From: Schmidtea polychroa
Taxonomy: Eukaryota
Reading direction: 5' to 3'
NCBI GenBank assembly: GCA_044892525.1
Contig: CM097885.1
Location: 25,546,001-25,610,000, forward strand
DNA length: 64,000 nt
The notes beneath the pieces are model-generated. The model was given only the letters and a program-made list of their open reading frames with translations, searched no databases and was not told where the DNA came from. Position 1 is the first letter of the stretch, and the number at the start of each line of letters is the position of its first letter. Below, piece by piece: positions 51,438 to 62,079 of this stretch. Position numbers and translations under genes: made by a program.

Positions 51438-51651
51438 TTCTAAAATAATTTAAAATATGTTTTTATTTATACTAATACCATATGATTTTGATTGGTTGAT
51501 AGACTATAAATGTAAAAGAAAGGTTTTGATTTGATACACCATAAAAACTATATTGCTAATTATTATAACGAGTGTGTGCTAACACAATACCTTAATTTTA
51601 TAATATTCGACTATGTTTTTTGTTAACCATGATTTGTGATAGAAATTATAT

Positions 51652-51739
<88 letters not shown>

Positions 51740-52026
51740 TATGTTTTATTACATTGTTTATTAATACCCTTGCGAGTTGTTGAGCGTGACCAGTACCCTT
51801 GTGAGCAGTACCCATAGGGGGACAGAATATTTTGTCGGATAGACTCGGAGTATATAGATTAATAATATATCAATGAGAACACTAACTTGTTGCGTGTGTG
51901 GACACTAATAATATTTTTATACATTGTGTGTGTGACCATAGGGGAACAGAATATTTTGTCGGGTAGACTATATTGTGTGTGTGTGTGTAAAAATAATTTT
52001 ATTTTATTAAACTTTTATCAATAAGT

Positions 52027-52130
52027 TTTTAAAATACCACAACGTAATATATTTAATAATTAAAATATAATAAATTTTAAAATACCGCAACGTAATATAA
52101 ATTTTGAAATACCGCAACGTAATATAAATT
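52027..52130 (+). repeat. Three copies of a ~28-bp subterminal repeat
   Basis: AAATACC(G/A)CAACGTAATATA occurs three times; one more copy at about 34505. Confidence 0.85.
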
Positions 52131-52242
52131 TGAAATAAAAAATTTTAAAAAAAAATTTAAAAAAAAAAAAATTAAAAAAAAAAAATTAAAAAAAAAATAA
52201 AAAAAAAAATAAAAAAAATCCCCCTCCCCGGGGGTGGGGGTA

Positions 52243-52280
52243 TGACGTCATATGTCTTTGTGACGTCATCGATGACGTCA
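52243..52280. promoter_or_regulatory. Three CRE/ATF palindromes in the terminal region of element C
   Basis: TGACGTCA at 52243, 52261 and 52273. Confidence 0.7.
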
Positions 52281-52587
52281 TATGTCTTTGTTCCCGGGTC
52301 CACACAATACCCTACTGTGTATATATACCCAACTAACACAACCCTCCCAACAAAAACATACCTCCATTATGCTTAAACCATTAGAAAAACAACACAAAAC
52401 CTATACTTTTATAGTATTTTAACACCATATTTTAAACAACAACCACCCTTAATCTTTAAAGCCTCAAACTCAAAAGCTTCAAACTAAAAAGAGAATAGAA
52501 AAGAAAATGGCATTATGAAAAAGTTAGAGGGCTATTTGATCTTTATCAGATCATTGATTTTAAATTATATAAATTAAAAAATAAATG

Positions 52588-52950
52588 AAAAATAGTAAAA
52601 CTGCTCTGAGGGGACAGTGGTATTTTTTTTTTCACTGTCCCCTCAACAGTTTTTTTGATCCGGATCATTTCAACCTCTTTCGTTTATCAAATCTCTTCTA
52701 ATATACAAGCTGGCCAGACTCATACATCAGAATCAATCCGATAATAGCAGCACACCTTATTATTCGTTTCTCGCTCGAATATGATTTCATCGGCGTTTTA
52801 AGCGTGCTGCTCGAAAGTACAAATGAATTCGAAAGTGAATTCGAAAGAGGTCCGAAAACCACTGAGAAATAAATGTGCACATTATGGAATCGATCCGGGT
52901 GTGTTCGAAAGACTGGTGACGATAATTACCGGTTCACCATCACACCCGTT
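52588..52950 (-). ncRNA. Candidate Pol III structured RNA 2, element B copy (longer)
   Basis: Reverse complement of 23008-23310, with an extra arm GCAGCACGCTTA...TAAGGTGTGCTGC and B-box-like GGATCGATTCC. Confidence 0.55.
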
Positions 52951-53102
52951 TCAATATTTTTTTTTTCATATTTATGTTTAAAAAATTAATTAATTAATAA
53001 AATATATAAAATAAAATAAAAATAAATAAAATAAAATATAAATCTAAGATACCCACAACATTTTCAATATTATTTTCAAATTTTTAATATTATTTTATGT
53101 TG

Positions 53103-53185
53103 AAAAAAAACTAACCTCAGATATGATTTGAACAACTATCCATTTGAACCACTGTGCCAGTCTAGCCCACTGCGCTATCGGGCTT
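53103..53185 (-). ncRNA. Candidate Pol III small RNA 1, element B copy
   Basis: A box TAGCGCAGTGG (53177-53167), GTTCAAAT boxes and a T8 run on the minus strand. Confidence 0.55.
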
Positions 53186-53301
53186 TGGATTTTTATTATA
53201 AAAATCTAAAAATTATACTGTCACATTATGAAAATGAATAATATATAAATTTAAAAAATAAAATCAAAACTGAGTATCCAATAAAAAATTTTTTTCTAAA
53301 A

Positions 53302-56300
53302 ATGAATTGTAATATTTGTAATAAAGTTTTTAAAAATAAAACTGGATTAATTTCTCACTTAAAATCGAAAGCTCATTTATTAAAAGAAAATAATCTTAAT
53401 GATACAAATTCAAAACTTTGTCCTAAATGTAAAGGAAGATTTCTACATTCTGGATATAATAAACATTTTGAAAATTGTATCGGGAAAAATAGAGAAATAT
53501 TTACATGTCCTCATTGTAACTTTTCAACAAAACTAAATTTCTATTATTTAGAACATATAAAAGAATGTAAAAATAAAAAACAAAATTCTGACGATGAGGA
53601 ATGTCATTCAGAAGGAGAACCTGATCATGTTGAAAGAGAAAAATATAACTGGGATAATTTTAATCATATAGATGAATTTCAATTAAAAATTAATGGACCT
53701 GCAACTCCTGGAGAATATATAAATAAAAATAAAAAAAATATTAAAAATTCTTTCACTGAAGCTTTAAAAAATTATAAACCGACAAGGTATAATGTTATAA
53801 AATATAAAATTATAATCAAATCAAAATACTGGCGAGGAGCAGAAGAAAAGACAACACCCTTAGATGTTGAAATTGGAATACCTTTTAAATATTTATTTTC
53901 AACTAAAGGATTTGATAAAACCATCAAAGAAATAATTAAAGCAGCAGAAGCAAAACAAGAGGAAGTAGAAAATGAATTAGGAGATTCAAACTTAGTATTC
54001 AACTCTTTCCAAACTTTAGTGATTGATTATTGGAGAGGATTACCACCCAATCCTAAATCTTATATTCCTACACCCTTTAAATCTAAAAATGTTATAAATG
54101 TACAGAATAATGATAACAAATGTTTCATCTGGTCAATACTTGCACATTTACATCCTCAAGAATCAAACCCCCAAAGAGTTTCAAAATACAAACAATATGA
54201 AAATGAATTAATATTTCCCCAAGGATTCAAACATCCAATGAAACTAGAAGACATTCCAGAATTTGAAAAATTAAATAATCTTAAAATTAATATTTATGAA
54301 CGGGTTAAAGGGAAAAATATTAAAAGTAGAGAAATTATTCCAATTTACATTTCTGATAGTGGAACCAAGGATAACGAAGTACAAGATAACAAAAACCCTA
54401 GAGAAATATATCTTTTAATCTTGGAACAAAAAAATAATCAACATTATGTTTTAATAAAAAACTTTCAAGCTTTTACATCACCAGAGAATCCAACTAGTAG
54501 AGGAGGAACATGTAAAAGATGTCTTCATTATTCAACAACTAAAAACTCTATGATTAAACATACAAGATTTTGTGAAAAAGATGAACCAGCTTTAATTAAC
54601 ATGCCTACAGATCCCAAGATGAATTTTAAAAACTTTTCAAATTTACTACAAACAGTAGGAGTGGTTTATGGAGACTTTGAATCTATAAATCGTAAACAAG
54701 ATTTGGTTAACCAATATTTAAAAATAATAGAAAAAAATAAACTCATGGATTCATGGAACTCCTCAGGAGAGAAGATGAAACCAGAGAGGATGAAAGCCTT
54801 TCTAAGAAAAAGAAATAAACCTATTAGTGTTAAAAAAACTAAACAATTACCTTCTGCTTATAAACTATTATTTAAAAGTAATTATCCTGAACTCATAGAA
54901 TCTAGAGAATATACATTTCAAGGAACTTCAGAAGATGTTTTAAATCATTTTACTAAAAGTATAAATGATCTAGAACATGAAATATTTAAAGTATTAAAAA
55001 CAAAATATGAAATAAACCTTTCAACCGAACAATGGGAAGAATATGAAATTTCTTCAAATTGTTGGATGTGTAAACAACTCTTTGAGGATCAACTCCTTGA
55101 GGAACCTCCAAATAATGAAACTATTGAAGAAGAAGAACAAAGAATGATTCATGAAAGACAATCTTCAAACATAAAAGTCCCCGATCATGATCATTTAAAA
55201 AAGGAAAATAATTATCGAGGAGCAGCTCATAAAAATTGCAATATTAATTGTCATACTCCTAAATTTGTACCTGTTATATTTCATAATCTTTTTGGTTATG
55301 ACATACATCTATTTATTAAACATTTAGCAGAAAATGCTAAAAACTCTTTCAAAGTTATAGGACTTACAAAGGAAAAATATAAATCAGTTGAATATGGAAA
55401 ATTAAAATTTATAGACTCGTTAAACTTTCTTCAAATGTCTCTAGATGCAGTAGCAAAAACAATGAAACAAGAAAATTTTAAAATCACTCGAGAATTCTTG
55501 GAAAAAAATAATATTCCTCCAGAAGAATATCCTACATGCTTAGCAAAAGGAATATATCCCTATGACTATGTTGACTCGTTTGAAAGATATAATGAAACAA
55601 GTCTTCCTAGCCAAGAAGATTTCTATTCACAACTTCAAAAAAATCATATTACAAATCAAGAATATTCTCGAGCAAATAAAATGTGGGAATTATTCAAGTG
55701 TAAAACTTTAGGAGAATATACAAGTATGTATTTATCCTTGGATGTTTATATTCTAGCAGATTGCTTTGAAGAATTTACAAAATCTTTTGTTCTTAAACCT
55801 TACAATTATATAACAGCACCCTCTTTAGTTTGGGATACTTTATTATATACCATTTGGACTTCAAATATAGAAGAAGGTGATAAAATTATAGATCTTTTAA
55901 CTAACCTCGATATGTTTAACCAAATTAAAACAAACATTAGAGGAGGAGTCTCTTCAGTAATGGGGAATAGAGAAATAAAAGCTAGAAATGCAATAACTAC
56001 TAGCAGAAGGCTTTCAAAGACCTCTGATCCATATATAAAAATTAACAATGAGGAATTAAAAGAATTATTAGAAACAATGAAAAATCCTCTATTTATACTT
56101 TATATAGATGCAACAGCTCTATATTCAGGAATTATGACTCAATATTTACCAATGGGTGACTTTCATGAAATATACTCTGAAGATTCCTCAGAAGAATCCT
56201 TAAAAGATCTTATAAAAGAAATACTTTCAACTCCTAAAGATTCTCCAATAGGTTACTTTGTAGAATGTGACTTATTATATCCAGATGATATAAAATCAGG

Positions 56301-57495
56301 AACAAGATATTTCCCTTTAGCTCCTATAAGAAGAAAGATTGATATCAACGAACTTTCTGAATGGCAAATCTCACAAGATAAACCTCCAACAATGAAACTT
56401 CTTTGTGATCAAACAGATCGAACTTATTATCTTTGTCACTATAGACTCCTCCAATTTTATCTTTCACGAGGTATGATATTAAAAAAAGTTCATAGTGTCA
56501 TAAGATTTAAACAAGCTCCATTCATGAAAGCTTTTATCGAGGAGAACATTAGGTGCCGAAACATTGCAAAAAAAGAAGGTAACCTTTTTAAAGATAATAA
56601 TTATAAACTTTTAAACAATTCAGTCTTTGGGAAAACAATGGAGAATGTTGATAAATATACTCATATTGAACTCCTAACTAATACTCATAAAGATATTAAG
56701 CGTTATAATCGTATGCTAGGAAAGCCTACATTTAAAAACGCACAAGTATTTTCTGAAAATCTTACTGCAATAGAACTAAAGAATTTTGAGAAAACATACA
56801 ACAAACCAATATTTATAGGGTTTTCAATTTTAGAACTTTCAAAATTACAAATGTATGAAACATATTATAACATCTTACAACCTATATATGGTTCTAATAT
56901 ATCAATGCATGCAATGGATACAGATTCAATGTTTTTAACAATAAGAACTCATGATTTACAAAGAGATATAGCCGAAAATCATATACTTTCAAATTTAATA
57001 AATTCATCTGGAGAATTATTTTCGTTTAAAGATGAAAAACCTTTTACTCCTATAGAAAATGGAATATTTATTCGTGCTAAACAATATTCATACGAAACAT
57101 TTAGAAACCCTGAATTTATAACTAGATCATTTATATTTAAAACTCCAGAAACAGAAGAAACCATTACACATAGATATCCTATATTTCCTAAAGGACCAGA
57201 GGGACAAGAAGAAAAACCTGTAAAGGATAACAGATGTAAAGGAATACAGAAATCAGTTGCAAAGAATCTTTCTCATCAAGATTATATAGATACATTGAAT
57301 CCAAATCATAAAGATAAAATTGATGAAGTGCATCAGATTAAAAGCGAAAACCATGATATTCACTTGATAGAATCTCAAAAAGTATCATTATCAAATTATG
57401 ATGATAAGAGATTCATCCTAAGTGATTTAAAGACAACTCTACCTATTGGAAATAATTTAATACCGATAATAAAAAAGCTAGAAAAGTTTGAATAA
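53302..57495 (+). CDS. pPolB, 1397 aa (C-terminal tail continues frameshifted to 57715)
   Basis: All exonuclease and polymerase motifs in one frame: YGDFE, FHNLFGYD, YIDATALY, KLLNNSVFGK and MDTDS. ORF 57488-57715 matches the C-terminus of the A polymerase. Confidence 0.97.
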   Translation: MNCNICNKVFKNKTGLISHLKSKAHLLKENNLNDTNSKLCPKCKGRFLHSGYNKHFENCIGKNREIFTCPHCNFSTKLNFYYLEHIKECKNKKQNSDDEECHSEGEPDHVEREKYNWDNFNHIDEFQLKINGPATPGEYINKNKKNIKNSFTEALKNYKPTRYNVIKYKIIIKSKYWRGAEEKTTPLDVEIGIPFKYLFSTKGFDKTIKEIIKAAEAKQEEVENELGDSNLVFNSFQTLVIDYWRGLPPNPKSYIPTPFKSKNVINVQNNDNKCFIWSILAHLHPQESNPQRVSKYKQYENELIFPQGFKHPMKLEDIPEFEKLNNLKINIYERVKGKNIKSREIIPIYISDSGTKDNEVQDNKNPREIYLLILEQKNNQHYVLIKNFQAFTSPENPTSRGGTCKRCLHYSTTKNSMIKHTRFCEKDEPALINMPTDPKMNFKNFSNLLQTVGVVYGDFESINRKQDLVNQYLKIIEKNKLMDSWNSSGEKMKPERMKAFLRKRNKPISVKKTKQLPSAYKLLFKSNYPELIESREYTFQGTSEDVLNHFTKSINDLEHEIFKVLKTKYEINLSTEQWEEYEISSNCWMCKQLFEDQLLEEPPNNETIEEEEQRMIHERQSSNIKVPDHDHLKKENNYRGAAHKNCNINCHTPKFVPVIFHNLFGYDIHLFIKHLAENAKNSFKVIGLTKEKYKSVEYGKLKFIDSLNFLQMSLDAVAKTMKQENFKITREFLEKNNIPPEEYPTCLAKGIYPYDYVDSFERYNETSLPSQEDFYSQLQKNHITNQEYSRANKMWELFKCKTLGEYTSMYLSLDVYILADCFEEFTKSFVLKPYNYITAPSLVWDTLLYTIWTSNIEEGDKIIDLLTNLDMFNQIKTNIRGGVSSVMGNREIKARNAITTSRRLSKTSDPYIKINNEELKELLETMKNPLFILYIDATALYSGIMTQYLPMGDFHEIYSEDSSEESLKDLIKEILSTPKDSPIGYFVECDLLYPDDIKSGTRYFPLAPIRRKIDINELSEWQISQDKPPTMKLLCDQTDRTYYLCHYRLLQFYLSRGMILKKVHSVIRFKQAPFMKAFIEENIRCRNIAKKEGNLFKDNNYKLLNNSVFGKTMENVDKYTHIELLTNTHKDIKRYNRMLGKPTFKNAQVFSENLTAIELKNFEKTYNKPIFIGFSILELSKLQMYETYYNILQPIYGSNISMHAMDTDSMFLTIRTHDLQRDIAENHILSNLINSSGELFSFKDEKPFTPIENGIFIRAKQYSYETFRNPEFITRSFIFKTPETEETITHRYPIFPKGPEGQEEKPVKDNRCKGIQKSVAKNLSHQDYIDTLNPNHKDKIDEVHQIKSENHDIHLIESQKVSLSNYDDKRFILSDLKTTLPIGNNLIPIIKKLEKFE

Positions 57496-57826
57496 GTTAT
57501 ATGATACAAAAATTATTGATCTTGATATTTATAATGTTGAAATCATTTATCCCGAGAGAGAAATCGAGAAGCCTTTATATTCTCAAGTTTTTAATCCTAT
57601 ATGTTTAGAACTTAAATATTTTAATACTGATCCTGAATATATAAAAGGTCTAAGTGATAAAGAATTTAAAGATCATAAATTAATGATTCATAGGTTGGCT
57701 TTCAACCATAACTGAAACCAACGATATTTAATTTTTTAATAATAAAATGTCGACAATTAATTTAAGCAACTATAGCAACCTGATCTACTTTTTTTAAAAA
57801 TGCATCCATTTTATATATTTATAATT

Positions 57827-58405
57827 TTAAGAATTCTTTAACCATTTCTCTCGTTTAATTTTTTTATTAGTTATAACATTAGCACTTTTCAATCTATTAA
57901 TATTATTTTTAATATCTTGTATTATTTGATTTGATTTCATTATTTCATCATCAGTTAAGATTCCATCTTCCAAAGCTTTTAATTGAAATAAAAATAATTT
58001 AGAGATTCCTAATTCTATTGATAAACAAACTTCACGATATAAACCTTTCTTTTTAGAAGTATAAGATAGTGAAACTATTTCAGTTAGGAAACCATCAGCT
58101 ACTGAAATACTTCCAAGTATTACAGGTGCAATTGTTAAAACTGGTAAAGTTATAGGTAAAATAACTGTTAATATTGCAGATGCAAATCCTAAAGAATAAC
58201 CTATAACTTTTAAAACTGTATTCCCTTTATTCCATCTATTTTTAATTTTTTTATAATGCTTTAATAAATCTTGTAAATGTAAGGTTTCTGATTTAAATTC
58301 TTTTACTCTCATAATTTCAAGTTCTGTGGGAGCCGAGGCCTTGGAAGAATAATATCCTGATGATCTCAATTCTGGGTAAATTTTTTCTTCTCTTACTTCT
58401 TCCAT
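57827..58405 (-). CDS. Coiled-coil/transmembrane protein, homologue of 14590-15188
   Basis: Near-identical translation; KALEDGILTDDEI. Confidence 0.85.
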   Translation of the reverse strand: MEEVREEKIYPELRSSGYYSSKASAPTELEIMRVKEFKSETLHLQDLLKHYKKIKNRWNKGNTVLKVIGYSLGFASAILTVILPITLPVLTIAPVILGSISVADGFLTEIVSLSYTSKKKGLYREVCLSIELGISKLFLFQLKALEDGILTDDEIMKSNQIIQDIKNNINRLKSANVITNKKIKREKWLKNS

Positions 58406-58413
58406 TTTAATAA

Positions 58414-59423
58414 TTAAAAAAATAAGACTTTATTCTTCTGAGCACCATCTGGTACCAATACTCGGATATCAAAAGAAACTCTTGTTGAGTGGATATCTTT
58501 ATACAATTCTCTCAATGCTTTACGAACTTCATCAACATCAACCTTTTTTTCATAAAATATTAAATCTATATATTGTACAAGTGTGCTTTTAAAAATAATA
58601 TTCTTACTTTTAACTTTATGTAGTCCATGTGAATGAGTATTAACATACCAATCTCCGTGTGGTAAATCATAACTAGTCATTATAACATCACCCTTTTCAA
58701 GCTTACTATTATAATCACATTTCACAAACCATTTCATTCTTTCATTATCATCATCAAACAAAAAGAAATAAGGATCAATAATCTTTACAACCATAAAAAC
58801 ACCCCATTCTTTACTGTTTGTTGTTATTAAACTTGGTTCTATAAAATGTTTATATGTATGGGGTAATAATGCTTTATTCTGTTCTAATTCAGCAGCTCTT
58901 TTTCTAATACTATGTGTGGTGTTAATGTGTGTTGTATGAGATTCTAATTTGAAAGTCTTTTATTAAATGATGTAATCATCTCATTTATTATATTATATAT
59001 TGTATTAAATTTAGTATTCATAATTTGTTTATCTTTAGAGTTTAATATGGCGGCATTTAACTTTACAACTTGTTCAGTTAACAGACTTTGTAACTTGTCA
59101 AATTTATCATTAAATCGTTGTTCGATATTATTAAGCTTTGATTCCATTGAATCCATTTTTGTTGTTAATGAACCTTCAATTCTTGTTGTTGTTAAATCAG
59201 TATAATTTTTAACACCATCTACATATTTCTTATTAACTGCATCAGCTTCATCAGTTGGAAAAGATAATTCTTTTATCTTGTGTCCATTTAAAATTAAATC
59301 ACCCTTCATTGAATCACCTCTTTCATTAATATATTTATTTTCTGTTAAAGTTAATATTTCTTCTGTATTAAACCCTGTTTTTATTGTTCCACCACCTCTA
59401 TTACATGGAATATAAGAACTCAT
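58414..59423 (-). pseudogene. Fibre-like protein, frameshifted near 58945
   Basis: Two ORFs matching the N- and C-halves of 15197-16153. Confidence 0.75.
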
Positions 59424-59447
59424 TTATTAATAATTTAAAATGAATCT

Positions 59448-60206
59448 TCAAACCTGTTTCAAATGTAAATACATTGAAATCTCTTCTCCATTAAAATCAA
59501 TCAATTCTCCTTCTTGATTAAGAATTTTAAAATTAATATCCATTATATATTTTCTACATAAAGGTAAATAATTTGGAGGATTCATTCTTTCAACTATTTT
59601 ATATCCCATAGGAACTGTGTTTGAGGGAAAGGAATATAAAACATTTGTTTGTTTACCATTATTATAAGAACCAGTTATACAATCGCAATGAATATTTATT
59701 GTGTTTGTATTTATTATTTTTATAATATGTTCTGATGTTAGAATAGATTCTTTCTCAACTTTAGGTATGTTATAATGACTCTGTGTAAATCCTAAAATTG
59801 TTCTAAAGAAACTATTATTTTGAAACCTAATTCCTATATTCTTTAAAGTCATTATACATTTTGAAGTTGGTAAATCTATTTTAATTTCAATAGCTCCATT
59901 TGTTTTTTTAGAAAGTATATTATTTAAATCTTTTATCTCATAAGCCCCGGGTTCTATTATTATTATAATGTTATCCTCGAATTTTGGGGGGCTTACATAA
60001 CTAAATGTGTTATTATCTTTAGTTATATTAAAAATAGTATTATAAGCACAAAACCATAATAGACCTAATTCATAATTTAAATTTTGATCTAATTTTATTG
60101 AATCTTGAAAGTTTATAGTAAAGTCTGATTCTTTTGAATTTATAGATAAAGTTCTTGAATATTTATCTGACGTTATGTTTACCATTTTTTTAAAATTATC
60201 TTCCAT
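59448..60206 (-). CDS. Minor capsid protein (penton)
   Basis: Homologue of 16172-16948 with a divergent middle. Confidence 0.88.
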   Translation of the reverse strand: MEDNFKKMVNITSDKYSRTLSINSKESDFTINFQDSIKLDQNLNYELGLLWFCAYNTIFNITKDNNTFSYVSPPKFEDNIIIIIEPGAYEIKDLNNILSKKTNGAIEIKIDLPTSKCIMTLKNIGIRFQNNSFFRTILGFTQSHYNIPKVEKESILTSEHIIKIINTNTINIHCDCITGSYNNGKQTNVLYSFPSNTVPMGYKIVERMNPPNYLPLCRKYIMDINFKILNQEGELIDFNGEEISMYLHLKQV

Positions 60207-60209
60207 TTC

Positions 60210-60631
60210 TTATAGTAGAGATTTTAAATCATTATAAATTTCTTGGATTAAGGAAGTGAAACCTTCTCCTTTGGATTTATTCAATCTATACAAAACATAT
60301 AAGCTTATAATACCACATATTTTAGTATTATTAGGTTGAACTTGTAAAGAATTAAAAGTATAGTCCTTCGACAGATAGTCTTCAACTTCTTAATCCCAAA
60401 AGAATCAAAGTAGATAGATTTATTATATATACAAACCCAATGAGATCCTTTTTCATTTGAATTTTGATAATTTATAATGATATTCTTTGGAGTGTCTTCT
60501 TTCAGACTCGACAATTCATCATTCATTAATATTTTAATTTTTAAATTTAAATAATCTGCATAATCTTTTAAATCAAAATTTGTTTTTGCATTTATTCCAA
60601 ATGTTTTTAAAATATCTAATATTGAAGCCAT
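60210..60631 (-). pseudogene. Adenain-like protease, frameshifted by a 10-nt deletion
   Basis: GSHWV and YFDSFG are in frame; the Q...ICG part is out of frame relative to element A. Confidence 0.85.
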
Positions 60632-60653
60632 TTTGTATTTTATAACTTCGTAT

Positions 60654-61493
60654 TTATAATTTCGTATACTTATTAAATTTATCTTTTGAAATTATTCCTT
60701 GTTTTAACAAATCTTTAGAAATCTTTAAAATATCAGAATCTAAATTATTATGTCCTGCTTTTTTAGCTGCTAATAGTTTTCTTAATTCAATAAAAAGATT
60801 TATAGGGTTGAGGCCTTCTCCTTCAATGATTTGAATTTGAGGGCCTGTTTTATCTCTATCTTTATATTTCTTTAAATCTTGAATATGTTTTGCTTTAGGG
60901 CTACCATTTATTAATTTTATTAAGTTTAAATATTTATCAATTTCTTCATTCTTGACACCATCTGGAATATATCCAGAAATTAATCCATGAAAATCATCTG
61001 AAAGTTCAATGTCAACACGCTCTCTATTCATAAAAGTATTTGTTGAAATAATCGATGGATTATTTTCTGAATTTAAATATATATAAAATTTTTGATTATT
61101 AATTGTTATTGTTTGAAAACCTCTAGGATCATAACCTATAGTAGGTATAATTGATGGAGCTAGTGATGTATTAATTTTAAAATTAATTGGAGTCTTATGA
61201 GGTGTTAATCTTGAAAGAAATTCATCTTCTTCTAAATCAATATTATTTCTACGTTTTTTTCCTACTAATCTTAGTAATTCCTTTTTAGGGGCTTCTATAG
61301 CTTTATGTTCGGGGGTTAGAGGAGCTTCTATAGTTTTAAGTCCCTCTATAGCTTTAATTGTTGGTCCTTGTTGTTGTTGGATTACCTCATTTAATATCAT
61401 AGATTCAGTTTGTTGAGTTGTATCTTTTTTATTATACTTGTTTTGTTCTGATTGTAATTTTTTTAAAAGTGCTAATCTTTCTTCATATACCAT
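60654..61493 (-). CDS. Conserved Polinton core-like protein
   Basis: 279-aa ORF ending GEGL..ELRKLLAAKKAGHNN; homologue in A. Confidence 0.8.
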   Translation of the reverse strand: MVYEERLALLKKLQSEQNKYNKKDTTQQTESMILNEVIQQQQGPTIKAIEGLKTIEAPLTPEHKAIEAPKKELLRLVGKKRRNNIDLEEDEFLSRLTPHKTPINFKINTSLAPSIIPTIGYDPRGFQTITINNQKFYIYLNSENNPSIISTNTFMNRERVDIELSDDFHGLISGYIPDGVKNEEIDKYLNLIKLINGSPKAKHIQDLKKYKDRDKTGPQIQIIEGEGLNPINLFIELRKLLAAKKAGHNNLDSDILKISKDLLKQGIISKDKFNKYTKL

Positions 61494-61515
61494 TTTAATG
61501 GTATTAAAAATGGTA

Positions 61516-62064
61516 TCATTGTTCCTTCCAAGGTTTTAAATACAATCCTTTACCACTATTCTGTGGAGTTCCTCCAATTTTACAAATACACCCATTCTTT
61601 AAAGATTTACATATTTTTTTAAAATCATCTTTATCTTTTGATGATAAAGATTCAGATGTTGAAATTTGATTTTTTAAAAAATCATTTAAACCTCTGCCTT
61701 TATATGGATCAAGATAGAGACCTTTGCCCTGATATGGATTAAGATAGAGACCTTTTCCTTTAGCTTGCCCTACCTTCATTTTCTCGATTTCAGTTTGTAG
61801 TTTTTCTTTTTCAAGGTCTGTCTTTTGAGATTCTTTAGCTTTTTGAACTGTAGTTGCAATTCCTCCAACTATTCCAGCAGCACCTGATAAACCAGCAATG
61901 ATTGCAGGTATTAAAGCAGCTAATGGAAGAATGCCACCTTCTCTAATACGTTCTTTAACTTGTTCTTTTACATGTTTTCCAATAAAATATTTTTTACCAT
62001 CAATTACTACTGATTTATTTTTATTTGAATTTATTAATTCTTGCAAAGATTCTTCAGTTGTCAT
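61516..62064 (-). CDS. pX-like core protein with GKGLYLxP repeats
   Basis: Homologue of 18285-18863 with one fewer repeat. Confidence 0.8.
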   Translation of the reverse strand: MTTEESLQELINSNKNKSVVIDGKKYFIGKHVKEQVKERIREGGILPLAALIPAIIAGLSGAAGIVGGIATTVQKAKESQKTDLEKEKLQTEIEKMKVGQAKGKGLYLNPYQGKGLYLDPYKGRGLNDFLKNQISTSESLSSKDKDDFKKICKSLKNGCICKIGGTPQNSGKGLYLKPWKEQ

Positions 62065-62079
62065 TTTATAATAAATAAA

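Larger units (their letters stand above)
45620..52316 (-). mobile_element. Polinton element C, one arm only (second family) with accessory genes
   Basis: Penton, integrase, pX-like and ATPase genes. Ends in a GC-rich terminal block closing ...ACAATACCCTACT (AGTAG terminus on the minus strand). Left boundary approximate. Confidence 0.85.

Noticed and set aside
51620..51817. Poly-Ile ORF
   Set aside because: Translation artefact of an (AAT)n microsatellite.
52027..52130. CRISPR-like array
   Set aside because: Eukaryotic context, near-tandem repeats without unique regular spacers, and no cas genes.
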